Source of the DNA: Anaerolineales bacterium
GTDB taxonomy: Bacteria; Chloroflexota; Anaerolineae; UBA1429
Assembly: GCA_039680625.1 (NCBI GenBank)
Contig: JBDKSN010000075.1
Coordinates: 1-54,744 of the forward strand
DNA length: 54,744 bases
Direction: 5' to 3'
The position numbers were made by a program, and so were the translations under genes. How positions within the stretch are numbered: position 1 is the first letter of the stretch; every line of letters begins with the position of its first letter. Positions 8,246 to 18,956 of this stretch are shown piece after piece. The notes below the pieces were generated by a model. That model did no database searches. It saw only the letters and a list, made by a program, of their open reading frames with translations, and was not told the DNA's origin.

Positions 8246-8427
8246 CCCGCGCCTCGCTTTCTGGCGCGCCCCCCACGATGGACGGCGAGCTCGCACCTGG
8301 CACGCCATTGCCCGCGAATACCTTGATCGCCACCATCCATACTAAACATAACACGAGACGGGGGCGGTGTCAATGCTCTCGCCTTCCCTCACGCAGCTCG
8401 CGTTCTCTTGCGGCTCTATCGTCGCGT

Positions 8428-8456
8428 TGACACGATCGAGGCTTTGCCGTATCATG
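8428..8456 (+). promoter_or_regulatory. Sigma70-type promoter of the pheST leader (TTGACA-17 nt-TATCAT)
   Basis: Read directly. Confidence 0.65.
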
Positions 8457-8462
8457 ACTGCA

Positions 8463-8766
8463 TAATTGAATAGCGACCCCACAGGCTATGAAAGAGAACG
8501 TGTGTGGTGCCAGGCCCTCAGGGAGAGGAGATCAGAGACTGCGAGTCTCCTCGGGCCGATCCCACAGATATTCGCTCTGGAGCTGACGGCTGAAGCCTCG
8601 ATGCGAGGTGTGTAGGTCGCTCCGGTCGCCCACCGTTAAGGGGCAGTCGGTAAGCCGTTTCGGCCGCCGATGCTGAGTGGGCCCCGTTTCGGGGTCAACA
8701 AGGGTGGTACCGCAAAGTGACGACTGCAACTTTTGTCCCTTGGGGGTTGCGGTCGTTTTCTTTTTG
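8463..8766 (+). promoter_or_regulatory. T-box riboswitch leader (Phe specifier) with terminator, controlling pheST
   Basis: AGAGA box near 8492. Candidate specifier UUC at 8571-8573 followed by a purine. Conserved T-box core CAACAAGGGTGGTACCGC at 8696-8713. Terminator GACGACTGCAAC...GTTGCGGTCGT plus T-run at 8719-8766, overlapping the T-box 3' half as expected for antiterminator/terminator competition. Confidence 0.85.
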
Positions 8767-8779
8767 TACGGAGGAGAAC

Positions 8780-9808
8780 ATGCTGCAAGAGCTCGAACGA
8801 ATCGAGACCGAGGCCAAGGCCAAGCTGGCCCTGGTGACGACCGCCGATGCGCTAGAGGCATGGCGGGCCGAGTTTCTGGGCAAGAAGGGGGCACTGACTG
8901 CGGCGCTCCGCTCATTGGGCAAGATGCCGCCTGAAGAGCGCCCCGCCGCTGGCCAGCGAGCCAATCAACTGCGCGCCGAGCTCGAGGCGCTGCTGGCCGA
9001 GAAAGAGGAGCAGTTGGCCCAAGAGGCGCTCACTGCCGAGCTTGCGGCGGGGGCGATCGATGTACGCCTGCCGGGGCGGCCTCAAGCCCTGGGCACCCTA
9101 CACATCACCTCGCAGACCTTGCGCCGCATCACCGACATCTTTCACGGCATGGGCTTTCAGGTGTATCGCTCGGGAGAGGTCGAGGACGATGTCACCAACT
9201 TCCAGTTGCTCAACCTGCCACCCGATCATCCCGCGCGCGATATGTGGAGCACTTTTTACCTCACCGACCCCGGCTTGCTGCTGCGAACGCACACCTCGCC
9301 AGGGCAGATTCACGCCATGCGGCACTATTACCCCGAGCCGTTCCGCGTGATCCTACCCGGTAAGTGCTATCGCTTTGAGCAAGTCACCTCGCGGCACGAG
9401 TTCATGTTCTACCAGGTCGAGGGGTTGGTGGTCGGCCACAACATCACCATGGCCGATCTCAAGGGCGTGCTGCTCAATTTCGCCCAGCAGATGTTCGGCC
9501 CCGAGCGCCGCTTGCGCTTTCGCCCGAGCTATTTCCCCTTCACCGAGCCTAGCGCCGAGGCCGATATGGATTGCGCCTTGTGCGGCGGCAAGGGCTGCCA
9601 CCTGTGCAAAGGCACGGGCTGGCTCGAGATCCTCGGCTGCGGCATGGTGCATCCGCAAGTGTTGCGCAACGGTGGCTATGACCCCGCGGTCTATAGCGGC
9701 TTTGCCTTTGGCATGGGCCCCGAGCGCATCGCGATGCTCAAGCATGGCATCGACGACATTCGCCTGTTCTATGGCGCAGACGTGCGCTTCTTGCAGCAGT
9801 TCGCCTAG
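8780..9808 (+). CDS. pheS: Phenylalanine--tRNA ligase alpha subunit
   Basis: GGAGGA RBS then ATG 8780. The sequence MLQELERIE...HPARDMWSTFY...FRPSYFPFTEPSAE...GCGMVHP..GFAFGMGPERIAM shows the class II motifs. Confidence 0.95.
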   Translation: MLQELERIETEAKAKLALVTTADALEAWRAEFLGKKGALTAALRSLGKMPPEERPAAGQRANQLRAELEALLAEKEEQLAQEALTAELAAGAIDVRLPGRPQALGTLHITSQTLRRITDIFHGMGFQVYRSGEVEDDVTNFQLLNLPPDHPARDMWSTFYLTDPGLLLRTHTSPGQIHAMRHYYPEPFRVILPGKCYRFEQVTSRHEFMFYQVEGLVVGHNITMADLKGVLLNFAQQMFGPERRLRFRPSYFPFTEPSAEADMDCALCGGKGCHLCKGTGWLEILGCGMVHPQVLRNGGYDPAVYSGFAFGMGPERIAMLKHGIDDIRLFYGADVRFLQQFA

Positions 9809-9846
9809 GGTGGCGAGGCTTGATCCATTAAGGAGGGAATGAGGAC

Positions 9847-12309
9847 ATGCGCGTTCCTCTTGGCTGGGTGAGAGACCTGGTGAGCTGGGACCTAGAGTTG
9901 CCCGCGCTCTGCGAGCGGCTGACCCTCGGCGGCCTCGAAGTGGCCGGTGTCGAACAGGTCGGCGCAGAGTGGGATCGCACCAAGATCTGGGTGGGCGAGG
10001 TGTTGCGCGTCGAACAGCATCCGAACGCCGATCGCCTGGTGCTGGCCACGGTGGACTATGGCCATGGCGTGCTGCAAGTGGTCACCGGTGCGCCCAACCT
10101 GCACGTGGGTGATCACGGGCAAAAGGTCGTGCTGGCGCTGGAAGGCGCGCGGCTCATCGACGGTCACTCGGACACGCTCCGCTATCAGACGCTCAAGCGC
10201 GGCAAGATCCGTGGCATCGAGTCGGCCGGCATGGTCTGCTCAGAGAAGGAGCTGGGCATCTCGAACGAGCACGAGGGCATCCTCATCCTCGACGCCGATG
10301 CACCCAAGGGCGTGCCCTTTGCCGACTACTATGGTGACACGGTGCTCGATCTCGACCTGACGCCCAACCTGGCGCGCTGTTTCAGCATGTTGGGTGTGGC
10401 GCGCGAGGTGGCTGCGCTCACCGGCCAGCGGTTCGTCGAACCCGAGTATCCCCTGCAGACCGAAGGGCCGGCTATTGCCGGACAAGTCGAGATCGAGGTC
10501 GCCGACCCCGACCTGTGCCCGCGCTATAGCGCCGCGCTGATTCGAGATGTGCACATCGCCCCCTCGCCGGGCTGGATGCAGCGGCGGCTCAAGCTTGCCG
10601 GCATGCGCCCGATCAACAACCTCGTCGACATCACCAACTATGTGATGCTCGAGCTGGGGCAGCCCCTGCACGCTTTTGACTATCGACGGCTGCGACCACG
10701 GGCTGCGGGGGGCGTGCCCGCGATCATCGTGCGCCGCGCCAAGCCGGGCGAGCGCATGAACACGCTCGATGGCGCGCAACACACGTTGAGCGGCCAGGAG
10801 CTGCTCATTACCGATGGCGCGGGGCCCGTGGGCATCGCCGGAGTGATGGGTGGCCTGGAAAGCGAGGTGACCGAGCAGACGGTGGACGTGCTGCTCGAGG
10901 CCGCCAATTTCGACAACATCTCGATCCGGCACACGTCGGCGGCGCTCAAGCTGCCCAGCGAGGCAGCCCAGCGCTTTGGCCGCGGCGTCGACCCCGAGCT
11001 GACGCTGGTGGCGCTCCGTCGCGCCGCGGAGCTCATGCGCACGCTGGCCGGGGGCACCGTGGCTCGGGGTTTTGTCGACCTCTACCCGGGCAAGGCGCCG
11101 CTGCGCCACGTGACCTTTCCCCTGGCCGAAGTGCCGCGGCAGCTGGGCATCTCTCTGGCCAGACAAGAGGTCGAGGGCATGCTCACCCTGCTGGGCTTTG
11201 GCTGCGCGCCGACGGGGGACGGCACGGCGCTCGAGGTGGTGGTGCCGAGCTATCGGCTAGACGTATCGATTCCAGCCGACCTGATCGAGGAGGTCGCGCG
11301 CCTGTATGGCTATGACCGTCTGCCGACCACGCTCATCGCCGAAGAGATGCCGCACTTGCGTCCCGAACCCGCGCTCGAGCGCGAAGAGCGCGCTCGAGAC
11401 GTGCTGGTGGCCTGCGGCCTCACCGAGATCATCACCTATTCGCTGAACACGCTCGAAAGCGAGGCCCGGCTGGCGCCCGGCGCGCCGTTGCCCGATGGCA
11501 CCCGCTATTTGCGCGTGGCCAACCCGCTCTCGCGCGAGACCGAATACCTGCGCCAAACGTTGATGGCGAGCGTGCTCGAAGCGGTGGCGCGCAACCTGCG
11601 CTTTGTCGAGCGTGTGGCGGTGTTCGAGATCGGCCACATCTACCTGCGGCAAGAGGGCCAGGCGTTACCGGCCGAGCCGACCAAGATCTGCATCGCCCTC
11701 ACCGGGCCGCGCGAGCCGCGCTCTTGGCTGGCCCAAGAGAGCGCGAACATGGATTACTATGACTTGAAGGGCATCGTCGAGGCCCTCTGCCGACACCTGG
11801 GCGTCCAAGGAGCCTCGTTCGAGCCGGGCACTCACTCGGCGCTGCACCCCGGCCGCGCGGCTCACTTGCTGGTCAACGGCCAGGTGGCCGGCGTGTTGGG
11901 CGAGCTACACCCCCTGGTGCGGCAGCAGTTCGACCTGCCCGAGCAGGCCGTGTGCCTCGCCGAGCTCGACCTGGCGATGCTGATCGCGGCGGCGCAGCCC
12001 GTGGCGCGCCATACGCCCATCTCGCGTATGCCCACCGCCAAGCTAGACCTGGCAGTAGTGGTCGACGAGGCAGTGCCCAGCGACCGCGTAGAGGCGACGA
12101 TCCGCGAGACGGGCGGTGCATTGCTCGTCGATGTGGTGCTGTTCGACGTCTATCGCGGCCAGCAGCTCGGCGCGGGCAAAAAGAGCCTGGCCTACAGCCT
12201 GACCTTCCAGTCGCCCGACAAGACGTTGACCAGCGAAGAGGCGGTGCAACAGCGCGACCGTATCGTTCGAGCGTTGCAGCGCGCCTTCCAGGCCGAGATC
12301 CGCAGCTAG
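9847..12309 (+). CDS. pheT: Phenylalanine--tRNA ligase beta subunit
   Basis: 820 aa with an N-terminal tRNA-binding (EMAP-like) domain (VGEVLRVEQHPNADRLVL), B3/4 and B5 domains, and a C-terminal FDX-ACB domain (DVYRG..LG.GKKSLAYSLTFQ). Confidence 0.95.
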   Translation: MRVPLGWVRDLVSWDLELPALCERLTLGGLEVAGVEQVGAEWDRTKIWVGEVLRVEQHPNADRLVLATVDYGHGVLQVVTGAPNLHVGDHGQKVVLALEGARLIDGHSDTLRYQTLKRGKIRGIESAGMVCSEKELGISNEHEGILILDADAPKGVPFADYYGDTVLDLDLTPNLARCFSMLGVAREVAALTGQRFVEPEYPLQTEGPAIAGQVEIEVADPDLCPRYSAALIRDVHIAPSPGWMQRRLKLAGMRPINNLVDITNYVMLELGQPLHAFDYRRLRPRAAGGVPAIIVRRAKPGERMNTLDGAQHTLSGQELLITDGAGPVGIAGVMGGLESEVTEQTVDVLLEAANFDNISIRHTSAALKLPSEAAQRFGRGVDPELTLVALRRAAELMRTLAGGTVARGFVDLYPGKAPLRHVTFPLAEVPRQLGISLARQEVEGMLTLLGFGCAPTGDGTALEVVVPSYRLDVSIPADLIEEVARLYGYDRLPTTLIAEEMPHLRPEPALEREERARDVLVACGLTEIITYSLNTLESEARLAPGAPLPDGTRYLRVANPLSRETEYLRQTLMASVLEAVARNLRFVERVAVFEIGHIYLRQEGQALPAEPTKICIALTGPREPRSWLAQESANMDYYDLKGIVEALCRHLGVQGASFEPGTHSALHPGRAAHLLVNGQVAGVLGELHPLVRQQFDLPEQAVCLAELDLAMLIAAAQPVARHTPISRMPTAKLDLAVVVDEAVPSDRVEATIRETGGALLVDVVLFDVYRGQQLGAGKKSLAYSLTFQSPDKTLTSEEAVQQRDRIVRALQRAFQAEIRS

Positions 12310-12320
12310 GCTCGTTTCCT

Positions 12321-12345
12321 GGCGAGGGGGGCCGACCCCCTCGCC
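12321..12345 (+). terminator. GC-rich 10-bp hairpin (GGCGAGGGGG-GCCGA-CCCCCTCGCC) 12 nt after the pheT stop; no U-tract
   Basis: Read directly. Confidence 0.45.
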
Positions 12346-12386
12346 ACTGAGGCCGTGTCGTGTTCGAGATGGCGCTCGGTGTCAAG

Positions 12387-12415
12387 TTGACAGGCCCGCG
12401 GGGTTGTGGTAAGGT
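12387..12415 (+). promoter_or_regulatory. Sigma70-type promoter of the his operon leader (TTGACA-17 nt-TAAGGT)
   Basis: Read directly. Confidence 0.6.
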
Positions 12416-12445
12416 TTGCGCGAAATGGGGGTACTTGTGAGCGCA

Positions 12446-12526
12446 ATGGGTCTCGCCAAGAGCCGCTTGAACCAGGACATCGCTCCTGTGTCTGCCCCCG
12501 TGGCTCACCATCATTCGCTAACCTAG
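12446..12526 (+). promoter_or_regulatory. Candidate his leader peptide mini-ORF (26 codons, three consecutive His codons near the end)
   Basis: ATG 12446 gives MGLAKSRLNQDIAPVSAPVAHHHSLT, ending at TAG 12524-12526. CAC-CAT-CAT sits at 12506-12514. The mini-ORF lies between the promoter and the terminator at 12575-12605. Confidence 0.4.
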
Positions 12527-12574
12527 GTGGGTGGCTCTGCTGCAGAGCCGCAGGTAGGGCGCATCCACCGCCAG

Positions 12575-12605
12575 AGACTAGTTCATCAGAACTGGTCTTT
12601 TTTTG
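12575..12605 (+). terminator. Intrinsic terminator (attenuator) 34 nt upstream of hisZ
   Basis: AGACTAGTTC-ATCA-GAACTGGTCT (10 bp with one G.U) followed by seven T. Confidence 0.75.
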
Positions 12606-12638
12606 TTGCCAGGCTAGACCAACGAGGGGCAAGCAGAC

Positions 12639-13895
12639 ATGGACAGTATCGAACGGAGGCGTCAACGTCCCCTGGGCCTCACCGACCTCTTTGGCGAGCA
12701 GGCCGCGGCTTATGCGGCTCTGGAGCGCTTGCTCATCGAGCAGTTCGAGCGTTGGGGCTATCAGCGGGTGGTGTTGCCCACCATCGGCTACGACGAGACC
12801 CTCTCGACGCAGGCCAGCCCGCGGTTGAGCGAGCAACTGTATCGCTTCTTTGATCGCGATGGCCGCGCCTTGGCCCTGCGCCCAGACATGACTGTGCCGG
12901 TCGCTCGCCTGGTGGGCACCACCCTGTACGATCAGCCGTTGCCGCTGCGCCTGTACTACTCGGGCAAGGTGTTCCGCTACGAGCAGCCCCAGGCCGGGCA
13001 GCGCCGCGAGTTCACCCAAGTGGGCATCGAGCTGATCGGCGCCGCGACTGCCGCGGCCGACGCCGAGGTGATCGGCATGGCCGTCGAGGCACTGCGCGCG
13101 CTCGGCGTCAGCACGTTTCAGCTCAACTTGGGGCAGGTGGACTTTCTCAAGGGCATGCTCAACGGCATGAACCTGTCTGCCGAGGGACTCGCGGCGCTCG
13201 AACAGGCGATCAACCGGCGGAGCCGTGTGGAGCTGCAGCGCACGTTGGCTGCCCTGGCCATCACGGGAGACACTGCCGAGGCGATCTTGGCATTGCCCAG
13301 CTTGTGTGGAGACGCCGAGGTCATCGAGCGGGCGCGCCATCTGACCGGCAATCCCGCAGCCCAGGCCGCGTTGGACCACGTGGCACAGGTCTATCGCCTG
13401 CTCGCGCTGGATGGTTATGCCGAGCACATCATCCTCGACTTGGGCGAAGTGCGCAGCATGGACTATTACACAGGCATCACCTTCCACGGCTATGTCTCTG
13501 GCCTGGGCTTTCACGTGCTCTCCGGCGGGCGGTATGACCGCCTGATCGGCCACTTTGGCCCGCAGATGCCGGCGGTAGGTTTTGCCATGAGCATCGAACG
13601 CTCGCTGCTGGTGGCGCACTCCGCGCCGCCCGCAGGCCCCGACCTGGTATTGCCCGCCTGCGAGCACGCACAATGTCGGCAGTTGGCCGCTCTGGCACGC
13701 TCGCTCGGGCTGCGGGTAGAGTCCGACCTGTTGGGGCGCACGGGGGCAGCGTTGGCCGCGGCTGCCGAGGCTCGTGGCGCTGCCCGAGCCATCTTGTCGT
13801 GCGACGGCGAGCGTTGTATCCTGGCCGACGCCACCGGCGCACGAGAAGTGAGCCTCGCGGTGCTGCAAGAGGAGGTGCGTACGTGGAGCCGTTGA
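12639..13895 (+). CDS. hisZ: ATP phosphoribosyltransferase regulatory subunit HisZ (HisRS paralog)
   Basis: 418 aa with LRPDMTVPVAR, FRYEQPQAGQRREFTQVGIELIG and SGGRYDRL. It lies immediately upstream of, and overlaps, a short-form hisG. Confidence 0.85.
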   Translation: MDSIERRRQRPLGLTDLFGEQAAAYAALERLLIEQFERWGYQRVVLPTIGYDETLSTQASPRLSEQLYRFFDRDGRALALRPDMTVPVARLVGTTLYDQPLPLRLYYSGKVFRYEQPQAGQRREFTQVGIELIGAATAAADAEVIGMAVEALRALGVSTFQLNLGQVDFLKGMLNGMNLSAEGLAALEQAINRRSRVELQRTLAALAITGDTAEAILALPSLCGDAEVIERARHLTGNPAAQAALDHVAQVYRLLALDGYAEHIILDLGEVRSMDYYTGITFHGYVSGLGFHVLSGGRYDRLIGHFGPQMPAVGFAMSIERSLLVAHSAPPAGPDLVLPACEHAQCRQLAALARSLGLRVESDLLGRTGAALAAAAEARGAARAILSCDGERCILADATGAREVSLAVLQEEVRTWSR

Positions 13896-14533
13896 CCTTT
13901 GCTCTGCCCAAGGGGCGACTGCAAGATGAGGTGCTCGCCCTCCTCGGCGAAGCCGGCTATGCGCTCGATGCCGACGTAGGGCGCCGGCTCGTCTTTGAAG
14001 ATCGCAGCGGTGCGTTGCGCTTTATCATGGCCAAGCCGGCCGACGTGCCCACTTATGTCGAATATGGTGCGGCGGCGTTGGGCGTGGTGGGCCTCGATGT
14101 ACTGCGCGAGGGTCGCTGGGATGTGATCGAGCCTCTGGCGCTGGGCGTGGGCGTATGCCGCCTATCTCTGGCAGGGCCAGCCTCGTGGCGCGGACGCAAC
14201 CTGCGCCTTCAACCCGGGCTGCGCGTGGCCAGCAAGTATCCGCGCCTGACACACGAGTTCTTTCAGGCACAAGGCATCTCAGCCGAGATCATCTACCTCA
14301 ACGGCTCTGTCGAGCTGGCGCCCGCGGTTGGCCTGGCTGACCTGTTGGTCGATCTGGTGCAGAGTGGCCGCACCCTGGTCGAGAACGGCCTGATCGAGCT
14401 ACAGACTATCTTGCCGTCCGAGGCCGTGCTCATCGTCAACCGCGCCGCGCACAAGATGCAGTTCGAGCGGATCGAGGCCATCGTCGACCGCCTGGCTGCG
14501 GCGGTAACGCGCCGCGAGGAGGCACAGGCATGA
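13883..14533 (+). CDS. hisG: ATP phosphoribosyltransferase, short form
   Basis: GTG 13883 gives VEPLTFALPKGRLQDEVL...AKPADVPTYVEYGAAALGVVGLDVL...DLVQSGRTLVENGL, 216 aa. It overlaps the hisZ stop. Confidence 0.9.
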   Translation: MEPLTFALPKGRLQDEVLALLGEAGYALDADVGRRLVFEDRSGALRFIMAKPADVPTYVEYGAAALGVVGLDVLREGRWDVIEPLALGVGVCRLSLAGPASWRGRNLRLQPGLRVASKYPRLTHEFFQAQGISAEIIYLNGSVELAPAVGLADLLVDLVQSGRTLVENGLIELQTILPSEAVLIVNRAAHKMQFERIEAIVDRLAAAVTRREEAQA

Positions 14534-15891
14534 GCCGAGTCACGCTGCGGGTGGTGCGCGGGGCAGCCGTCGCCCGAGAGACGCTCTTGCGCCGCAAAGC
14601 CCTCGACGAGCTAGAGGCGCCGCCCGCGCTGCAGGCATCGATCGCGGCTGTCTTTGGCGAGCCGCTCACGCCCGATCAAGCGGTGGCACGCATCTTGAGC
14701 GACGTCCGTCAGCGCGGCGATGAAGCCGTGCGCGACTATTCGCGACGCATCGATGGGGCCGAGTTGCAAGACCTACGTGTGCCCCGCGCGCGCATCGAGC
14801 AGGCCTGGCAGCAGGCCACACCCGCGGTGCAAGAGGCCCTGCAACTGGCTGTGGCGCGCATTCGCGCCTTTCACGAGCGGCAGCCGCGCCAGTCGTGGAT
14901 GCAGTGGGAGGCCGACGGCGGCGGCCTGGGGCAGATCGTGCGGCCGCTAGAGCGCGTGGGCATCTATGCCCCCAACGGGCGCGCACCCTACCCCTCTTCG
15001 TTGCTGATGGCCGCCGTGCCCGCGCGGGTGGCCGGTGTCGAGCAGGTGGTGGTGGCCACTCCGCCGCGCGGCGGCGAGCTGAACGACGCGTTGCTGGCCG
15101 CCGCCTACGCTGCCGAGGTCGATGAGGTGTACGCCATCGGCGGTGCGCAGGCGATCGGCGCTCTGGCCTATGGCACCGCTACGGTGCCCCGCGTAGACAA
15201 GATCCTGGGGCCGGGCAGCATCTTTGTGGTGTTGGCCAAGCGGCGCGTCTTTGGCACCGTGGGCATCGACGCCCTGCCCGGGCCTACCGAGACGCTGTTG
15301 GTGGCCGATGAGAGCGCCAACCCCGCCTATGTCGCCGCCGACATGCTCGCCCAAGCCGAGCATGATCCGATGGCCTCGGCGTTGCTGATCAGCACCAGCG
15401 AGGCCCTGGCCGACGCTGTGCAGGCCGAGATCGACCGGCAACTGCCAGCGCTGGCGCGCCGCGCGATCATCGCCGAGTCTCTGGCGGGCCAGGGGGGCAT
15501 CGTGCTGGTGGGCGATCTCGACACGGCGCTGGCGCTGGCCAACGAATACGCCCCCGAGCACCTGTGCCTGCTGACCCGCGACCCCTGGCGCCATGTGGGC
15601 CAGGTGCGCAACGCCGGCGGCGTGTTCGTGGGCGAACTCTCGTCCGAGGCGCTGGGCGACTATGTCACTGGGCCGACGCACGTCATGCCCACCGGCCAGA
15701 CGGCGCGCTTCTCGTCACCGCTGCAGGTGTGGGATTTCGTCAAGATCACCAGCATCTTTGGCGTCGGCCCCGAGACCGCCCGCCAGACCAGTGCGGCGGC
15801 GGCCACCCTCGCGGACCTCGAAGGCCTCACGGCGCACGCCCAGGCCGTGCGCATTCGCCTGGATGAGCTACAGGAGAACGAGACATGCTAG
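14530..15891 (+). CDS. hisD: Histidinol dehydrogenase
   Basis: 453 aa with an ATGA overlap onto hisG. Motifs: IYAPNGRAPYPSSLLM, GGAQAIGALAYGT, PGPTETLLVAD, AEHDP, GDYVTGPTHVMPT. Confidence 0.95.
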   Translation: MSRVTLRVVRGAAVARETLLRRKALDELEAPPALQASIAAVFGEPLTPDQAVARILSDVRQRGDEAVRDYSRRIDGAELQDLRVPRARIEQAWQQATPAVQEALQLAVARIRAFHERQPRQSWMQWEADGGGLGQIVRPLERVGIYAPNGRAPYPSSLLMAAVPARVAGVEQVVVATPPRGGELNDALLAAAYAAEVDEVYAIGGAQAIGALAYGTATVPRVDKILGPGSIFVVLAKRRVFGTVGIDALPGPTETLLVADESANPAYVAADMLAQAEHDPMASALLISTSEALADAVQAEIDRQLPALARRAIIAESLAGQGGIVLVGDLDTALALANEYAPEHLCLLTRDPWRHVGQVRNAGGVFVGELSSEALGDYVTGPTHVMPTGQTARFSSPLQVWDFVKITSIFGVGPETARQTSAAAATLADLEGLTAHAQAVRIRLDELQENETC

Positions 15892-16994
15892 ACGTCGCCG
15901 CGATGATCGGCCCGCGGGTCAACAGCCTGCAGGAATACGCCCCCGAGCCGCTGTCCGTGGTGGCCCAACGCCTCGGGTTTGCCGTCGATCAGCTCATCAA
16001 GCTGGATGCGAACGAGAACCCCTATGGCCCCACTGCGCACACCTTGGCGCGGCTGCGCGCCTTTGACCAATACCATCGTTACCCTGACGAAAAGGCCCGC
16101 GATCTGCGCCGCGCGATCGGCCAATATGTCTGCGTCGATCCGGCCAACATCTTGGTGGGCAATGGCTCGGATGAGCTGATCGACCTGGTGCTCAAGCTCT
16201 TTCGCCCCGAGCCCAAGGCTCCCTGGCTCGAAGTCATCGTCTGCCCGCCGACCTTTGGCATGTACAGCTTTTACGCGCTGACCAACGACCTGCGTGTGGT
16301 CGAGATCCCGCGCAAACCCGGCTTTGCCCTCGACCTGGAGTGGATCGAGACGCTCTGCGCCGATGGCACTCCCCGACTGATCTTTCTGACGTCGCCCAAC
16401 AACCCCGACGGCAGCCTCTTGCCTGAAGAGACGCTGCGCAGGTTGCTCGACCTGCCGCTGATGGTGGTCCTCGACGAAGCCTATATCGAGTTTGGCGGCG
16501 AATCGCGTGCCCCCTGGGTGCTCGAACGCAACAATCTCATCGTCCTGCGCACCTTTAGCAAATGGGCCGGCCTCGCTGGCCTGCGCGTGGGCTATGGCAT
16601 CTTTCCCACCGAGCTGGCCGGGCCGTTGAGCAAGCTCAAATCGCCGTACAATGTCAACATCGTTGCGCAAGAAGCAGCACTGGCCACCCTCGCCTCGCTG
16701 CCCGAGGCTCAGCAAACCATCACGCTGCTGGTGGCCGAGCGCGAGCGGCTCTTCCACGCCCTACAGGCGTTGCCGTTTCTCACGCCCCTGCCTAGCCACG
16801 CCAACTATATCTTGGTGCACACGGCGATCGATGCCCAGGCGTTGCGCGCCAAGATGGAAGAGCACGGCATCATCCTGCGTTACTTTGCCGGTGGGCCGAT
16901 GAAGGACTATGTACGCATCTCGGTGGGCACACCGGCGCAGACCGACGCCCTGCTCGCGGCGTTGCACGAGCTCGGCGACTCAGCCGCCCAGTAA
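15885..16994 (+). CDS. hisC: Histidinol-phosphate aminotransferase
   Basis: 369 aa with KLDANENPYGP, YPD, SPNNPDG, VVLDEAYIEF and RTFSKWAGLAGLRVGY. Confidence 0.9.
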   Translation: MLDVAAMIGPRVNSLQEYAPEPLSVVAQRLGFAVDQLIKLDANENPYGPTAHTLARLRAFDQYHRYPDEKARDLRRAIGQYVCVDPANILVGNGSDELIDLVLKLFRPEPKAPWLEVIVCPPTFGMYSFYALTNDLRVVEIPRKPGFALDLEWIETLCADGTPRLIFLTSPNNPDGSLLPEETLRRLLDLPLMVVLDEAYIEFGGESRAPWVLERNNLIVLRTFSKWAGLAGLRVGYGIFPTELAGPLSKLKSPYNVNIVAQEAALATLASLPEAQQTITLLVAERERLFHALQALPFLTPLPSHANYILVHTAIDAQALRAKMEEHGIILRYFAGGPMKDYVRISVGTPAQTDALLAALHELGDSAAQ

Positions 16995-17006
16995 GGAGCA
17001 AGAGCC

Positions 17007-17594
<588 letters not shown>

Positions 17595-17595
17595 C

Positions 17596-18219
<624 letters not shown>

Positions 18220-18220
18220 C

Positions 18221-18955
18221 GTGATCCTCTACCCGGCGATCGACCTGCGTCACGGGCGCTGTGTGCGTCTGCAGCAGGGCGCGTTCGACGCTGAGACAGT
18301 GTTCGCCGATGATCCGGCCGAGGCGGCGCGGCGCTGGGCCGGCGAGGGAGCCGAGTGGTTGCACGTGGTCAACCTCGATGGGGCCATCGGCGACCCATCC
18401 GCGCCCAACCTGGCGGCGCTCGAGCGGATCCTCGCCGCGGTACCCATCCCCGTGCAGTTCGGCGGCGGCGTGCGTTCGGTGGCCGATGTCGCGGCGCTGT
18501 TGGCGCTGGGCGTGTCTCGGGTGATCATCGGCAGCATCGCCGTCACGGCTCCCGAGGTCGTGCGCGAGGCCGTGCGCGTGCATGGTGCCGAGGCCATAGC
18601 GGTGGGCATCGATGCGCGTGACGGTCGCGTGGCTATCCACGGTTGGGCTGAGACGTCGACGCGCGATGCGATAGAGCTGGCCAGCACCATGGCCGCGCTG
18701 GGCGTCGAGCGGATCATCCACACCGACGTGCAGCGCGATGGCAGGTTGAGCGGCGTGAATATCGAGGCCTGCCGCCAGATGGCGCGCGAGGCGGGCGTCG
18801 AAGTGATCGCCTCGGGGGGCGTGGCCACGCTCGATGACGTGCGCGCGGCCTGCGCCGCCGAGCCCGACGGCGTGACTGGCTTGATCATCGGCATGGCGCT
18901 ATATCGCGGGGCCTTTGGGCTGGCTGAGGCGTTGCGCCTAACACAAGGAGGTTAG
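18221..18955 (+). CDS. hisA: 1-(5-phosphoribosyl)-5-[(5-phosphoribosylamino)methylideneamino]imidazole-4-carboxamide isomerase
   Basis: GTG 18221 gives [20 protein letters not shown]...HVVNLDGA...QFGGGVRS...[10 protein letters not shown]...IASGGV. Confidence 0.9.
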   Translation: MILYPAIDLRHGRCVRLQQGAFDAETVFADDPAEAARRWAGEGAEWLHVVNLDGAIGDPSAPNLAALERILAAVPIPVQFGGGVRSVADVAALLALGVSRVIIGSIAVTAPEVVREAVRVHGAEAIAVGIDARDGRVAIHGWAETSTRDAIELASTMAALGVERIIHTDVQRDGRLSGVNIEACRQMAREAGVEVIASGGVATLDDVRAACAAEPDGVTGLIIGMALYRGAFGLAEALRLTQGG

Positions 18956-18956
18956 G

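Noticed and set aside
7784-8308. tRNA-associated genomic island next to tRNA-Pro/tRNA-Gly
   Set aside because: There is no integrase, no direct repeat of a tRNA 3' end, and no obviously foreign genes. Only a bidirectional terminator and one small membrane ORF follow before the pheST leader.
12420-12610. Possible second T-box riboswitch (His specifier) upstream of hisZ
   Set aside because: The conserved T-box core (AAGGGTGGTACCGCG), plainly visible upstream of pheS at 8696-8713, has no counterpart here (only GGTGGGTGGCTCTGC). No AGAGA/GA-motif Stem I is apparent either. The leader-peptide model fits better, but it remains unproven.
12306-13868. Very long antisense ORFs: 520 aa here opposite hisZ, plus 40388-42088 (566 aa) opposite the ABC genes, 25530-27137 (535 aa) opposite the glycoside hydrolase, 44176-45699 (507 aa) opposite the CHAT gene, 23346-24716 (456 aa) opposite the oxidoreductase, 2653-3699 and 10240-11166
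   Set aside because: Their translations are Arg/Ala/Gly/Pro-rich and low in complexity, with no recognisable motifs. The opposite strand in each case encodes a protein with clear family signatures. Long stop-free antisense frames are expected in GC-rich DNA.
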